Assembly (NCBI RefSeq): GCF_001677475.2 | Contig: NZ_CP015229.1 | Length of the DNA stretch: 64,000 nt | DNA from: Escherichia coli | GTDB taxonomy: Bacteria; Pseudomonadota; Gammaproteobacteria; Enterobacterales; Enterobacteriaceae | Direction: 5' to 3' (one strand) | In this document: positions 51,286 to 58,608 of the stretch, in pieces | Position numbering within the stretch: position 1 is the first letter of the stretch | Layout: each line of letters starts with the position of its first letter | Translations under genes and position numbers: made by a program | The notes under the pieces: generated by a model | What the model was told of the DNA's origin: nothing | What the model saw: only the letters and a program-made list of their open reading frames with translations | Databases searched by the model: none

Positions 51286-51337
51286 TCCGGAACGCGCCAG
51301 TTGCAGAATATCAACGACAACTGGCGACGGTTGAACA

Positions 51338-53809
51338 TTAAAAATCAGCCTGATTCGGGATCAGTTTTTGCCAGATAGCTGAAACGTATTTTGCCTGGTG
51401 ACGAGCGTCATCAAGTGCATTATGGCGCTCACCTTCGAATGGGATAGCAGTTCTGGCATCGAAGTCTATGGTTTTCCCCAGCTCAACGATTGTGCGTACA
51501 TCGCGATCGTTGTAGTAACGCCACGGGCAGGGGATCCCCTGCCGTTCGTATGAACGGCGCAAAATCGTGTTGTCGAAGTTGGCTCCATTTCCCCAGACCT
51601 GAACAAAAAACTCACCGGAGTTTTCGGCGATAAATTCCCGCAATTGCAGTAGTGCATCATCTAACGGGATTTCATCGGTCATAATGGCAGACTGCGCTTC
51701 ACGTGATTGCTTCAGCCACCATTTAATGACGTCACGATCAATGACTCCGCCAGCAGTATCCAGATCGATGGTCTTGCTAAATTCCGGTCCCATATCACCG
51801 GTTTGCGGATCGAAAAATATTGCACCTATTGAGATAATCGGGGCATCAGGATTTTTTCCCATGGTTTCAAGGTCGATCATCAGATGAATCCCCGCTCTGC
51901 TGGTGGATGTGAGATTATGATGACTGTTCATCTTAATTAAGGGATCTGTCGCCTCGCCAGTTTTATTATCGCTGGCGTGATGCTGATTGCCGCCAGGGTT
52001 CTCCTTGTGTGGATGTTCAGCGCCTTCCATTTCCTCCGGATCATTTTCCTGAACTTCAGGCTGATTCTCTTCATCGAATATTTCCTGGTATGTTGCGTCA
52101 CCCATCACCGCGCCACAATCAGGGCAGTTGCCGCCACCGCTCTGACCGCAGGCTGTGCAGACTTTTTCCGGTTCCTGTTGCGCTACTGGCTCAGGTTGTT
52201 TCGTTTCTGGCTCGTTTTGTTGCGTATTTGGGCTGTTTTGTTCCGCTTTCTGGTCGTTCTGTTCCGTTTCTTGCTGGTTCTGGTTCACAGAATCGCGGGT
52301 TTCAATCCCCTTCACCCATTTCGGATCATTCGGATCGCTAATCCCTGCAACAAATTCACCACGTGATACTGCAAGCAGTTCATCGGCGTCATGCTGGCTG
52401 ATATTGGCTGCCTGCATAATTTTGTTTACTTCGTCAGCGGTAACTTTTACCGGCCCTGGTTGTGCGGTCGTGTCAGATGCACCAGTATTTTGTTGTGAAC
52501 CTGAGTATGTACCGTTTTTGCGGGCGAAATATTCTTCTTTCGTGATTTCAGTAGCCCCGGCAGCCAGTGCCTTATCCAGACCAGAAAGTTTGTTTGCGCG
52601 ACCGTATTTTTCGCCATCCTTGTCGGTGAAGAGGAAGTAGAATGGCCCCTCACGCTCTACAGATGGTTCGACTTCCACTTTGCATTCGGTTTTTTCGTTG
52701 TCCGGAATTGCCGTTTCCACTGCATCAGTTTCTGGTACTGGCGACGAGAGAGTATCAGTTGCGCTCTGATTTCTTCCTTCATCTTCAAACACGCCCTTTG
52801 TAGTCAGGTATTCAGTAATGTATTTGTTCAGTGCCACAGGGTCTTTGTGAATGTCGATCGGACGTTCACGAACAAGGCCAAAAATAGTCTGGCGGTCGTA
52901 GCGAAGGGCATCAGGCTGTTTGCGCATTGATGCCGAGATACGCTTCCAGTCTTCGCGGTCGTTGTCGATAACTTCATTTTTTGCCCAGCGATGGATGCTG
53001 CCATCAATGTTTCCGACATCCACATCACCAGGCCAGAGAGCGTAGGCCAGTTCGTCATCCAGTGTTTTCCATGTCTGCTTGTATTCGCGATGAGTGGCAG
53101 CAATGACCGGGCTGATTTTTCCTGTTGAATTTTCAGTGTGCTGTTGATTGGCTCTGGCGCGGGCGAGATCAACAACAGACGTGTATTTTCCGGTTTCCTT
53201 GCGTTCACCTTCGCGACGTTTTTTCCAGATGCGCATCTCTGCCTGAATTTCGGGCCATTTGGCACCAGGCTTACATTTATGCTTAACCCACCCGATGGCA
53301 TGCAGCTTAAGCTCCGGATACATGGCGTTAACTTCTGGCATTTTCATCAACGCTTCAACGATATGTCCGTCGAATGTTGCCATGTCTTCCTGCAACAATT
53401 CCTGCGCGCTAATCACCATATCAACGGTGATGTTTTCACATGTACCGAACTTAACCAGGACCGCGTTCTGTACTTCAAGGGACAGCTTGTCAAAATTGAC
53501 GTTAATAGGATCGGATTCTGGTTCGACCGGAATAAAGGAAGCGGATTCCTCATCCCAGCGGTTTTCCTGCATATATTCGGTATCCCAGGAGTCGATAGCA
53601 GGGCGGGGCATGCCGGGTTTATCTTCGCAGACAAGAAATTTATAAGCGCAGTCCTGAGCAGCAGGATATTGCTCCAGGAATTGCCAGGTAAATTTGGCAC
53701 GGGCGCGGCGTTCATCACCGGCTTCAATGGCAGTGGCTACAGCAACTGCGCCCTCTTCTTTTATTGCCTGTTCGTCCGGAATGGCGGCGCAAATAAAGAC
53801 TTTACTCAT
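51338..53809 (-). CDS. large phage protein with C-terminal DEDDh 3'-5' exonuclease domain (often annotated exonuclease VIII-like)
   Basis: 823 aa; C-terminal IHLMIDLETMG…GNGANFDNTIL…HNALDDARH (DnaQ-like Exo I/II/III motifs); central CTACGQSGGGNCPDCG zinc ribbon; Q/E-rich linker. Confidence 0.8.
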   Translation of the reverse strand: MSKVFICAAIPDEQAIKEEGAVAVATAIEAGDERRARAKFTWQFLEQYPAAQDCAYKFLVCEDKPGMPRPAIDSWDTEYMQENRWDEESASFIPVEPESDPINVNFDKLSLEVQNAVLVKFGTCENITVDMVISAQELLQEDMATFDGHIVEALMKMPEVNAMYPELKLHAIGWVKHKCKPGAKWPEIQAEMRIWKKRREGERKETGKYTSVVDLARARANQQHTENSTGKISPVIAATHREYKQTWKTLDDELAYALWPGDVDVGNIDGSIHRWAKNEVIDNDREDWKRISASMRKQPDALRYDRQTIFGLVRERPIDIHKDPVALNKYITEYLTTKGVFEDEGRNQSATDTLSSPVPETDAVETAIPDNEKTECKVEVEPSVEREGPFYFLFTDKDGEKYGRANKLSGLDKALAAGATEITKEEYFARKNGTYSGSQQNTGASDTTAQPGPVKVTADEVNKIMQAANISQHDADELLAVSRGEFVAGISDPNDPKWVKGIETRDSVNQNQQETEQNDQKAEQNSPNTQQNEPETKQPEPVAQQEPEKVCTACGQSGGGNCPDCGAVMGDATYQEIFDEENQPEVQENDPEEMEGAEHPHKENPGGNQHHASDNKTGEATDPLIKMNSHHNLTSTSRAGIHLMIDLETMGKNPDAPIISIGAIFFDPQTGDMGPEFSKTIDLDTAGGVIDRDVIKWWLKQSREAQSAIMTDEIPLDDALLQLREFIAENSGEFFVQVWGNGANFDNTILRRSYERQGIPCPWRYYNDRDVRTIVELGKTIDFDARTAIPFEGERHNALDDARHQAKYVSAIWQKLIPNQADF

Positions 53810-53902
53810 TTTGTTTTAACCTCATTACAGATTTAAGGGTGAACAAATCCCTGCCATTGCTGGCATATAAAAATGAAACCGGATATTAATTACGGTGCTG
53901 TT

Positions 53903-54094
53903 TTAAAGTCCTGCCGGTATTTCGTTATTATTAGTGTGAGTAGTTTTATCTACCGGATAACAGTTACCGGGAATTTTTTGTTCTGCTGCTGCAGCCATGC
54001 ATTCTTTCATTGAACCGTATAAGCCAGTCACCAGCTCAAGAGATTCGCCGGAAACAAGATAAACTGTCAGAACGAGTGCAAATGTTGTATTCAT
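53903..54094 (-). CDS. small membrane-anchored protein (kil-position), unknown function
   Basis: 63 aa with N-terminal hydrophobic helix; start overlaps upstream gene stop (ATGA). Confidence 0.55.
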   Translation of the reverse strand: MNTTFALVLTVYLVSGESLELVTGLYGSMKECMAAAAEQKIPGNCYPVDKTTHTNNNEIPAGL

Positions 54095-54279
54095 TGTTTA
54101 TATCCTTTTTGCAGCAGGTCCAGACGAGCCAGCATTGAAGGAATGCATACTTCATTTAACAGGTCCTGCTCGAGTTTTCTCTGCTTAATGGCGTCTTCAA
54201 TAAATGTTTTGTCTCCAGTGATAACGCCAATTTCGAAACGAAGTTCAGACGTGCTGGCATTACATGATAACTTTTCCAT
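54091..54279 (-). CDS. small hypothetical protein (kil-position)
   Basis: 62 aa from MEKLSCNASTSEL with GAGGA SD 9 nt upstream; the track's 97-aa version lacks an RBS and overlaps an inverted repeat. Confidence 0.55.
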   Translation of the reverse strand: MEKLSCNASTSELRFEIGVITGDKTFIEDAIKQRKLEQDLLNEVCIPSMLARLDLLQKGYKQ

Positions 54280-54296
54280 TATCGCGTCCTCAACAA

Positions 54297-54444
54297 TGAA
54301 TTTTGTGATGCGGTGCCTGGTGCCTCCAGGTGACGTTAACCAGTTAACAATTAACGCAGGATACAGAGAATCCACCCATAACACTGTTTTTGGTTTTTAC
54401 TGTTCCGCGTGCGCTGAGCCGCATTCACCGCATCACAAAATTCA
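54297..54444. repeat. perfect 19-bp inverted repeat pair (tgaattttgtgatgcggtg / caccgcatcacaaaattca) flanking a 110-bp palindrome-rich spacer
   Basis: Arms at 54297-54315 and 54426-54444 checked base by base; spacer contains cctggtgcctccagg and gttaaccagttaac palindromes. Confidence 0.85.
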
Positions 54445-54856
54445 CTTTTAAAAAAGGGCGGCAGAGCAGTCACGGAGTAAAACTGATACCGCCAAATGTC
54501 ACCAGAATATTGATAACAGAGGGCGTTGTAGCGGGGTTGTCACTTAAGCGTATGGTCAACCTGACAACCCGGTGTCCTCAACGGGGAAAGGCGTCCCTCC
54601 CACCCCCGCCATACTTACCGCCGCGCCATTTCGCGGGTCGCCACAACCGGAAGCGCACGGTCGAATTAAATTTAACGACACCGTGCAGTGAGACGAACTT
54701 CGCCGTGCGCTTTCGTGTTGTGTGCCTGCTTTTAACCACGTCAGGCGAGGTGGTTTCCGTCATTCCCCAACGACAGGAAATCTGTATAATCTGGGTATCC
54801 CCAACGATCCAAGGAAATCATATGACAGAGCAAAGAGCACAAGCAGGTGATGGTGT

Positions 54857-55303
54857 ATGGACCGGGATGATATTCTTGACAGAATTTTTTATGGCTATTT
54901 TCTTGAGCAACTGTTTTCTGTAGCGACTGGTCGTCTCGATAAACTTCTCTCAGTAGTGAGTATTATCCTCGGTTCATCTGTCATTGGCGGATTCATTCCG
55001 GAAATTTCTGGCGTTTTTATTGTTGTGATCGCAACCGTCCAAACGATTTATGGATTCGGACAAAAGTCAGGTAATACCATGAGAAAATCCGCAGAATATT
55101 TGCAGCTTTTTGATGATGCAGAAAAATATTCTGATTCGGAATTGAAAATTCAGTTAAAAACTCTGGAAAAAACAGATGATCATATTTGGTCATCACTTAA
55201 AGATATTGCGATCTTAAAAACACAGATCAAAATAGGCGTCTCCATCGAACAACAAGAGAAGTTGCCCACAAAATCCAAATTGATGCGATTTCTTTGTGGT
55301 TAG
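54857..55303 (+). CDS. 2-TM membrane protein on opposite strand at the Rac sieB position; candidate superinfection-exclusion / abortive-infection effector
   Basis: 148 aa, SD AGGTGA 6 nt upstream; two adjacent hydrophobic helices (LSVVSIILGSSVIGGFIP / ISGVFIVVIATVQTIYGF) then charged C-terminal tail; convergent with flanking minus-strand genes. Confidence 0.65.
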   Translation: MDRDDILDRIFYGYFLEQLFSVATGRLDKLLSVVSIILGSSVIGGFIPEISGVFIVVIATVQTIYGFGQKSGNTMRKSAEYLQLFDDAEKYSDSELKIQLKTLEKTDDHIWSSLKDIAILKTQIKIGVSIEQQEKLPTKSKLMRFLCG

Positions 55304-55392
55304 GAATATCCAGATTGTTAAAGAGCATGCCGGAGGTTTATCCGTGTCCGGCGCACGCACTTCATCTGCGGAGAACTACTTGAGCTCATTGG

Positions 55393-55608
55393 TCAGTAGT
55401 TTTCAATCACTCGCGAAACGTTTAATGCCGCGCTTTTTGCCAGAGTGGTAATATCCTGCTCCGCTGACACCAGTTCTTTAGAGAGGCGCTCTTTGTAGTC
55501 AGCGGCCTGCTTCAGGTCATTAATGGCGCGTATCTTTCCGCACATCCATTCGTAAATTTCATCCTCGGTATAGTCTGGTGCGATGATGACGGGTTCTCGT
55601 TTCTGCAT
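55393..55608 (-). CDS. hypothetical protein
   Basis: 71-aa ORF MQKREPVIIAPDYTEDEIYEWM…; hairpin gccggag…tccggc between it and the convergent 2-TM gene. Confidence 0.5.
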   Translation of the reverse strand: MQKREPVIIAPDYTEDEIYEWMCGKIRAINDLKQAADYKERLSKELVSAEQDITTLAKSAALNVSRVIENY

Positions 55609-55637
55609 ACTGATTCCTCGCGGTGCCGCTTCGCTTA

Positions 55638-55766
55638 TCAGCCGTTAGATTTTGCCGAACTGGAAAGCGCCTGTTTAAACTCACTGAAGCTGAGAGCTTC
55701 TTCGCCTTCGGCAAGGTCTTCGAAGTATTCTTCGTAAGCCTTTTCCATGATTGCGTCGAAATCCAT
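55638..55766 (-). CDS. small acidic hypothetical protein (42 aa), ydaF-position
   Basis: Hand translation MDFDAIMEKAYEEYFEDLAEGEEALSFSEFKQALSSSAKSNG; starts 2 nt after stop of upstream gene; not in track (<60 aa). Confidence 0.5.
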   Translation of the reverse strand: MDFDAIMEKAYEEYFEDLAEGEEALSFSEFKQALSSSAKSNG

Positions 55767-55767
55767 A

Positions 55768-56010
55768 TCACTCACCTGAATTTCTTTCCAGCCAGCGACG
55801 AGCGCCAGTTTCGGTTTTAAACGTTTTACTTTTGGTATACGTCATCGCGGTGAATGTGCCGTCCTGGTTGGGAAACACGCCGTACACCAGAGATTCGTTG
55901 TTGCCAAGATCGATAGTATCCATGTTGACCTCATTTCCCCTTAACGCTGGGGTAGCGGAACTAAAAACCTGCTGCGCTGTTATACAAAGTGTTCCCGCCG
56001 TCATGTTCAT
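55768..56010 (-). CDS. small hypothetical protein, ydaG-position
   Basis: 80-aa track ORF; real start may be the internal Met (MDTIDLGNNESL…). Confidence 0.45.
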   Translation of the reverse strand: MNMTAGTLCITAQQVFSSATPALRGNEVNMDTIDLGNNESLVYGVFPNQDGTFTAMTYTKSKTFKTETGARRWLERNSGE

Positions 56011-56126
56011 ACGCCTCGGGCTGGCTACTTAATCCCTGACCACTACCGGGTAACTCTAGGTATTGCCCTGTATTGTGTGGGACGGGATGGGTTGGTATGG
56101 GAAAACTATAGGAAATGCCTAATTGC

Positions 56127-56147
56127 TTGTCAATAGGCTATGCCTAA
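56127..56147. promoter_or_regulatory. operator-like site, downstream copy of 21-bp inverted repeat flanking repressor gene
   Basis: ttgtcaataggctatgcctaa is the exact reverse complement of 56772-56792; additional tgcctaat half-sites at 56114-56124 and 56160-56170. Confidence 0.6.
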
Positions 56148-56241
56148 TGATTTGGGTGCGACCTAATAGGTGATGGTTTGTGGGAGAGGTAGTAGGAGTT
56201 AACTAACGGGAACTAGGAATTTCCCGTCGGACCATATAAGT

Positions 56242-56718
56242 TTAAGTTCCTGTCTTGGTGATGTTCTGGCTTTTCCGTTTTGATTCTTGATTTTTCAGAT
56301 AGTTAGCTACCTTCATTTCCATTGCGGCAATGTAGGCGCGAACGTCATGATCAACCCAACTAGGCTCCGTAGCATTTCCAGATAAGAGGAAAGCCACAAT
56401 TGCTCTTTTTTCATCAGAGGCGGCTTGATAAAGGCTGTTTATGTCTAAAAGTTCACTTTTTGTATCTGAAGTGGATGGGGTTGGTATGGGGTATTCGTTA
56501 AGCCCCCAATGCTCTGGACCAACCACATCAGAAAAGAAACGCCATAGTTCTGGAAGTTTGTCTTTACTTATCGAACCTTTCTTAATCCAGTCATGGATTG
56601 ATGGTGGTTGGACTTTGAAATGACGTGCGATTTCCGCCTTTGATTTGACGGCTCCTGATGCAATTTTTTTGTTAATGGCCTGCTCTATCGCTCGGCCTAA
56701 GTCTTTACCACTAAGCAT
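56242..56718 (-). CDS. prophage repressor, RacR-like (HTH, no S24 peptidase domain)
   Basis: 158 aa with N-terminal HTH (KAEIARHFKVQPPSIHDWIKKG); divergent from Cro-like gene; same length and position as Rac RacR. Confidence 0.75.
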   Translation of the reverse strand: MLSGKDLGRAIEQAINKKIASGAVKSKAEIARHFKVQPPSIHDWIKKGSISKDKLPELWRFFSDVVGPEHWGLNEYPIPTPSTSDTKSELLDINSLYQAASDEKRAIVAFLLSGNATEPSWVDHDVRAYIAAMEMKVANYLKNQESKRKSQNITKTGT

Positions 56719-56771
56719 TGCTTAATAGTCTCCTATGCGCATCGCGTTAGGCAATACCTACTCTCGAAGCG

Positions 56772-56792
56772 TTAGGCATAGCCTATTGACAA
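56772..56792. promoter_or_regulatory. operator-like site in divergent repressor/cro promoter region
   Basis: ttaggcatagcctattgacaa plus neighbouring ttaggca and attaggctaagcctaat near-palindromes between repressor and cro-like genes. Confidence 0.6.
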
Positions 56793-56842
56793 TCACATTA
56801 GGCTAAGCCTAATATTATTGTGTGTTTTTTGGAGTTCATTCG

Positions 56843-57166
56843 ATGAAAAAAGATAACTATTCATTCAAACGAGCTTGTGCTGTTGTCGGTGGGCAATCAG
56901 CAATGGCTAGGCTTTTAGGTGTATCTCCTCCAAGCGTAAATCAATGGATCAAAGGTGTACGTCAGTTGCCTGCTGAGAGATGTCCTGCGATTGAACGAGC
57001 AACAAAAGGTGGTGTCCTGTGTGAAGAACTTCGTCCTGATGTTGATTGGACATACTTACGACGCTCGTCATGTTATTCGCAGAATATGTCGATGAAGCAA
57101 CCAAATGACGAAAACGATCATACCCGAAGCATCAAGAGGCAAATGATTCATGAAAATCAAACATGA
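56843..57166 (+). CDS. Cro-like HTH regulator (YdaS family)
   Basis: 107 aa from ATG with GGAG SD; HTH ARLLGVSPPSVNQWIKGVRQLP; divergent from repressor. Confidence 0.75.
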   Translation: MKKDNYSFKRACAVVGGQSAMARLLGVSPPSVNQWIKGVRQLPAERCPAIERATKGGVLCEELRPDVDWTYLRRSSCYSQNMSMKQPNDENDHTRSIKRQMIHENQT

Positions 57167-57575
57167 GCATATCCGCATGGCGATGAATGCCTGGGCATAC
57201 CCTGATGGTGAGAAAGTTCCTGCAGCTGAAATAGCCCGGACTTATTTCGAACTGGGAATGACGTTCCCGGAACTGTACGACGACAGCCATCCGGAAGCCC
57301 TGGCCCGTAATACCCAGAAAATTTTCCGTTGGCTGGATAAAGACACCCCTGATGCTGTTGAAAAAATGCAGGCTCTGTTACCGGCGATCGAAAAGGCGAT
57401 GCCGCCTTTGCTGGTGGCCCGTATGCGCAGCCACAGTTCTGAGTATTACCGTGAGATTGTCGAACGGAGGGATCGGTTGGTGAAAGATGTCGACGATTTT
57501 GTTGCGTCAGCGGTTGTTTTGTATGACCAGATGAATCGCGGCGGCCCGGCAGGAAATGCCGTGGTGATGCACTAA
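57150..57575 (+). CDS. YdaT-like (CII-like) regulatory protein
   Basis: 141-aa ORF immediately after the Cro-like gene with overlapping start, as ydaS-ydaT in Rac. Confidence 0.65.
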   Translation: MKIKHEHIRMAMNAWAYPDGEKVPAAEIARTYFELGMTFPELYDDSHPEALARNTQKIFRWLDKDTPDAVEKMQALLPAIEKAMPPLLVARMRSHSSEYYREIVERRDRLVKDVDDFVASAVVLYDQMNRGGPAGNAVVMH

Positions 57576-57582
57576 CAGCACG

Positions 57583-58566
57583 GTGTTCGGGGGTTTTATG
57601 AGCAGCAAGCTTCATGGTCTTGTCTGGGAAGGATGCGCCTTCACCGGCATGATCTTATCCCGGGTGGCAGTGATGGCCCGTCTTGCAGACTACAGCAATG
57701 ACGAGGGCGTGTCATGGCCTGCTATTGAAACTATCCGGCGTCAGATCGGTGCAAGAAGTGAATCCACAGTGAAATCGGCTATTGCAGAACTGGCGAAAGA
57801 GGGCTGGCTGACGAAGGAAGAGCGTAAGGTCGGTGGGCGTAATGTAAGCAATATCTATCGGCTTAATGTGGAAAAACTCGAAGCAGCAGCTGCGGCGGCG
57901 CGTGAGTCATATAAACCGAAAAGAAAAATTAGCCCGGCAAAAAATGACCCGTTAACAGTTGACCCGTCAAATATTGACCCCTCAACGGTTGACCCGTCAA
58001 ATTTTGATGGATCAACTGTTGATAAAAAACTGCCGATTAGGGGGACGATGATTGACCCCGATCAGTCAGTATTAAAACCTGATCCGTCAGATGAAAGATC
58101 TTCTTGTCCTGACGTTTCACTGCCGGACAAAAAACAATCATCACCAGTTGAGCGATTTCTGGAGAAACACCCGGATGCGCATACCTGGAATGTGCAGAAG
58201 CGACAGTGGGGTACCCGTGAGGATGTCGCCTGTGCGCAGTGGATTTGGGGACGGGTTGTTGCGTTGTATGAACAGGCCGCCAGTGATGATGGTGAGGTAT
58301 CACGCCCCAGAGAACCTAACTGGACGACCTGGGCGAATGATGTGCGCATGATGCGTATGCTGGATGGACGTAGTCACCGGCAGATTTGTGAAATGTTTGG
58401 GCGTGTCCAGCGGGATTCGTTCTGGGTAAAAAACATCATGAGTCCGGCAAAACTCCGGGAAAAATGGGATGAGCTGGTTATTCGTCTGGGGCGTTCGCCT
58501 GTACAGCGTTGCGTGAATCACATTTCTGAACCGGATACCGAAATTCCGCCGGGGTTCAGGGGGTAA
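57583..58566 (+). CDS. phage replication initiation protein (O-like, winged-HTH N-terminus)
   Basis: About 322-327 aa (ATG at 57598 has GGGGG SD); N-terminal HTH region; internal iteron array encoding repetitive linker PLTVDPSNIDPSTVDPSNFDGSTVD. Confidence 0.75.
   Translation: MFGGFMSSKLHGLVWEGCAFTGMILSRVAVMARLADYSNDEGVSWPAIETIRRQIGARSESTVKSAIAELAKEGWLTKEERKVGGRNVSNIYRLNVEKLEAAAAAARESYKPKRKISPAKNDPLTVDPSNIDPSTVDPSNFDGSTVDKKLPIRGTMIDPDQSVLKPDPSDERSSCPDVSLPDKKQSSPVERFLEKHPDAHTWNVQKRQWGTREDVACAQWIWGRVVALYEQAASDDGEVSRPREPNWTTWANDVRMMRMLDGRSHRQICEMFGRVQRDSFWVKNIMSPAKLREKWDELVIRLGRSPVQRCVNHISEPDTEIPPGFRG
57945..58090. repeat. iteron array (putative prophage origin of replication) inside replication gene
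   Basis: Direct repeats tgacccgttaac, ttgacccgtcaa (x2), ttgacccctcaa, ttgaccccgatc, tgatccgtcaga at 14-16 bp spacing. Confidence 0.7.
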
Positions 58567-58608
58567 GTGCTGATTTGAGGTCATGAAGTTATTTTCTCAG
58601 GAGAGTTT

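Noticed and set aside
51338-53809. Calling the 823-aa protein RecE (exonuclease VIII)
   Set aside because: Its nuclease domain has DnaQ-like DEDDh motifs rather than the PD-(D/E)xK fold of RecE and no RecT follows, so only the generic exonuclease call is supported.
53138-53836. 232-aa plus-strand ORF
   Set aside because: Antisense to the 823-aa exonuclease gene, which has conserved DEDDh motifs in the minus frame.
54390-54923. 177-aa plus-strand ORF spanning the GC-rich segment upstream of the 2-TM gene
   Set aside because: Non-canonical start, Pro/Arg-rich composition typical of an open frame through GC-rich non-coding DNA, and it overlaps the well-supported 2-TM gene start in another frame. 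Kept only as a caveat in the finding on this region.
55559-55771. 70-aa minus-strand ORF
   Set aside because: Wrong frame: the adjacent 42-aa (MDFDAIMEK…) and 80-aa ORFs account for this sequence with proper start/stop juxtaposition.
56843-57575. Calling ydaS/ydaT-like genes a toxin-antitoxin pair
   Set aside because: Sequence shows only a Cro-like HTH protein followed by a small protein; a TA function cannot be read from sequence, so they are annotated as regulators.
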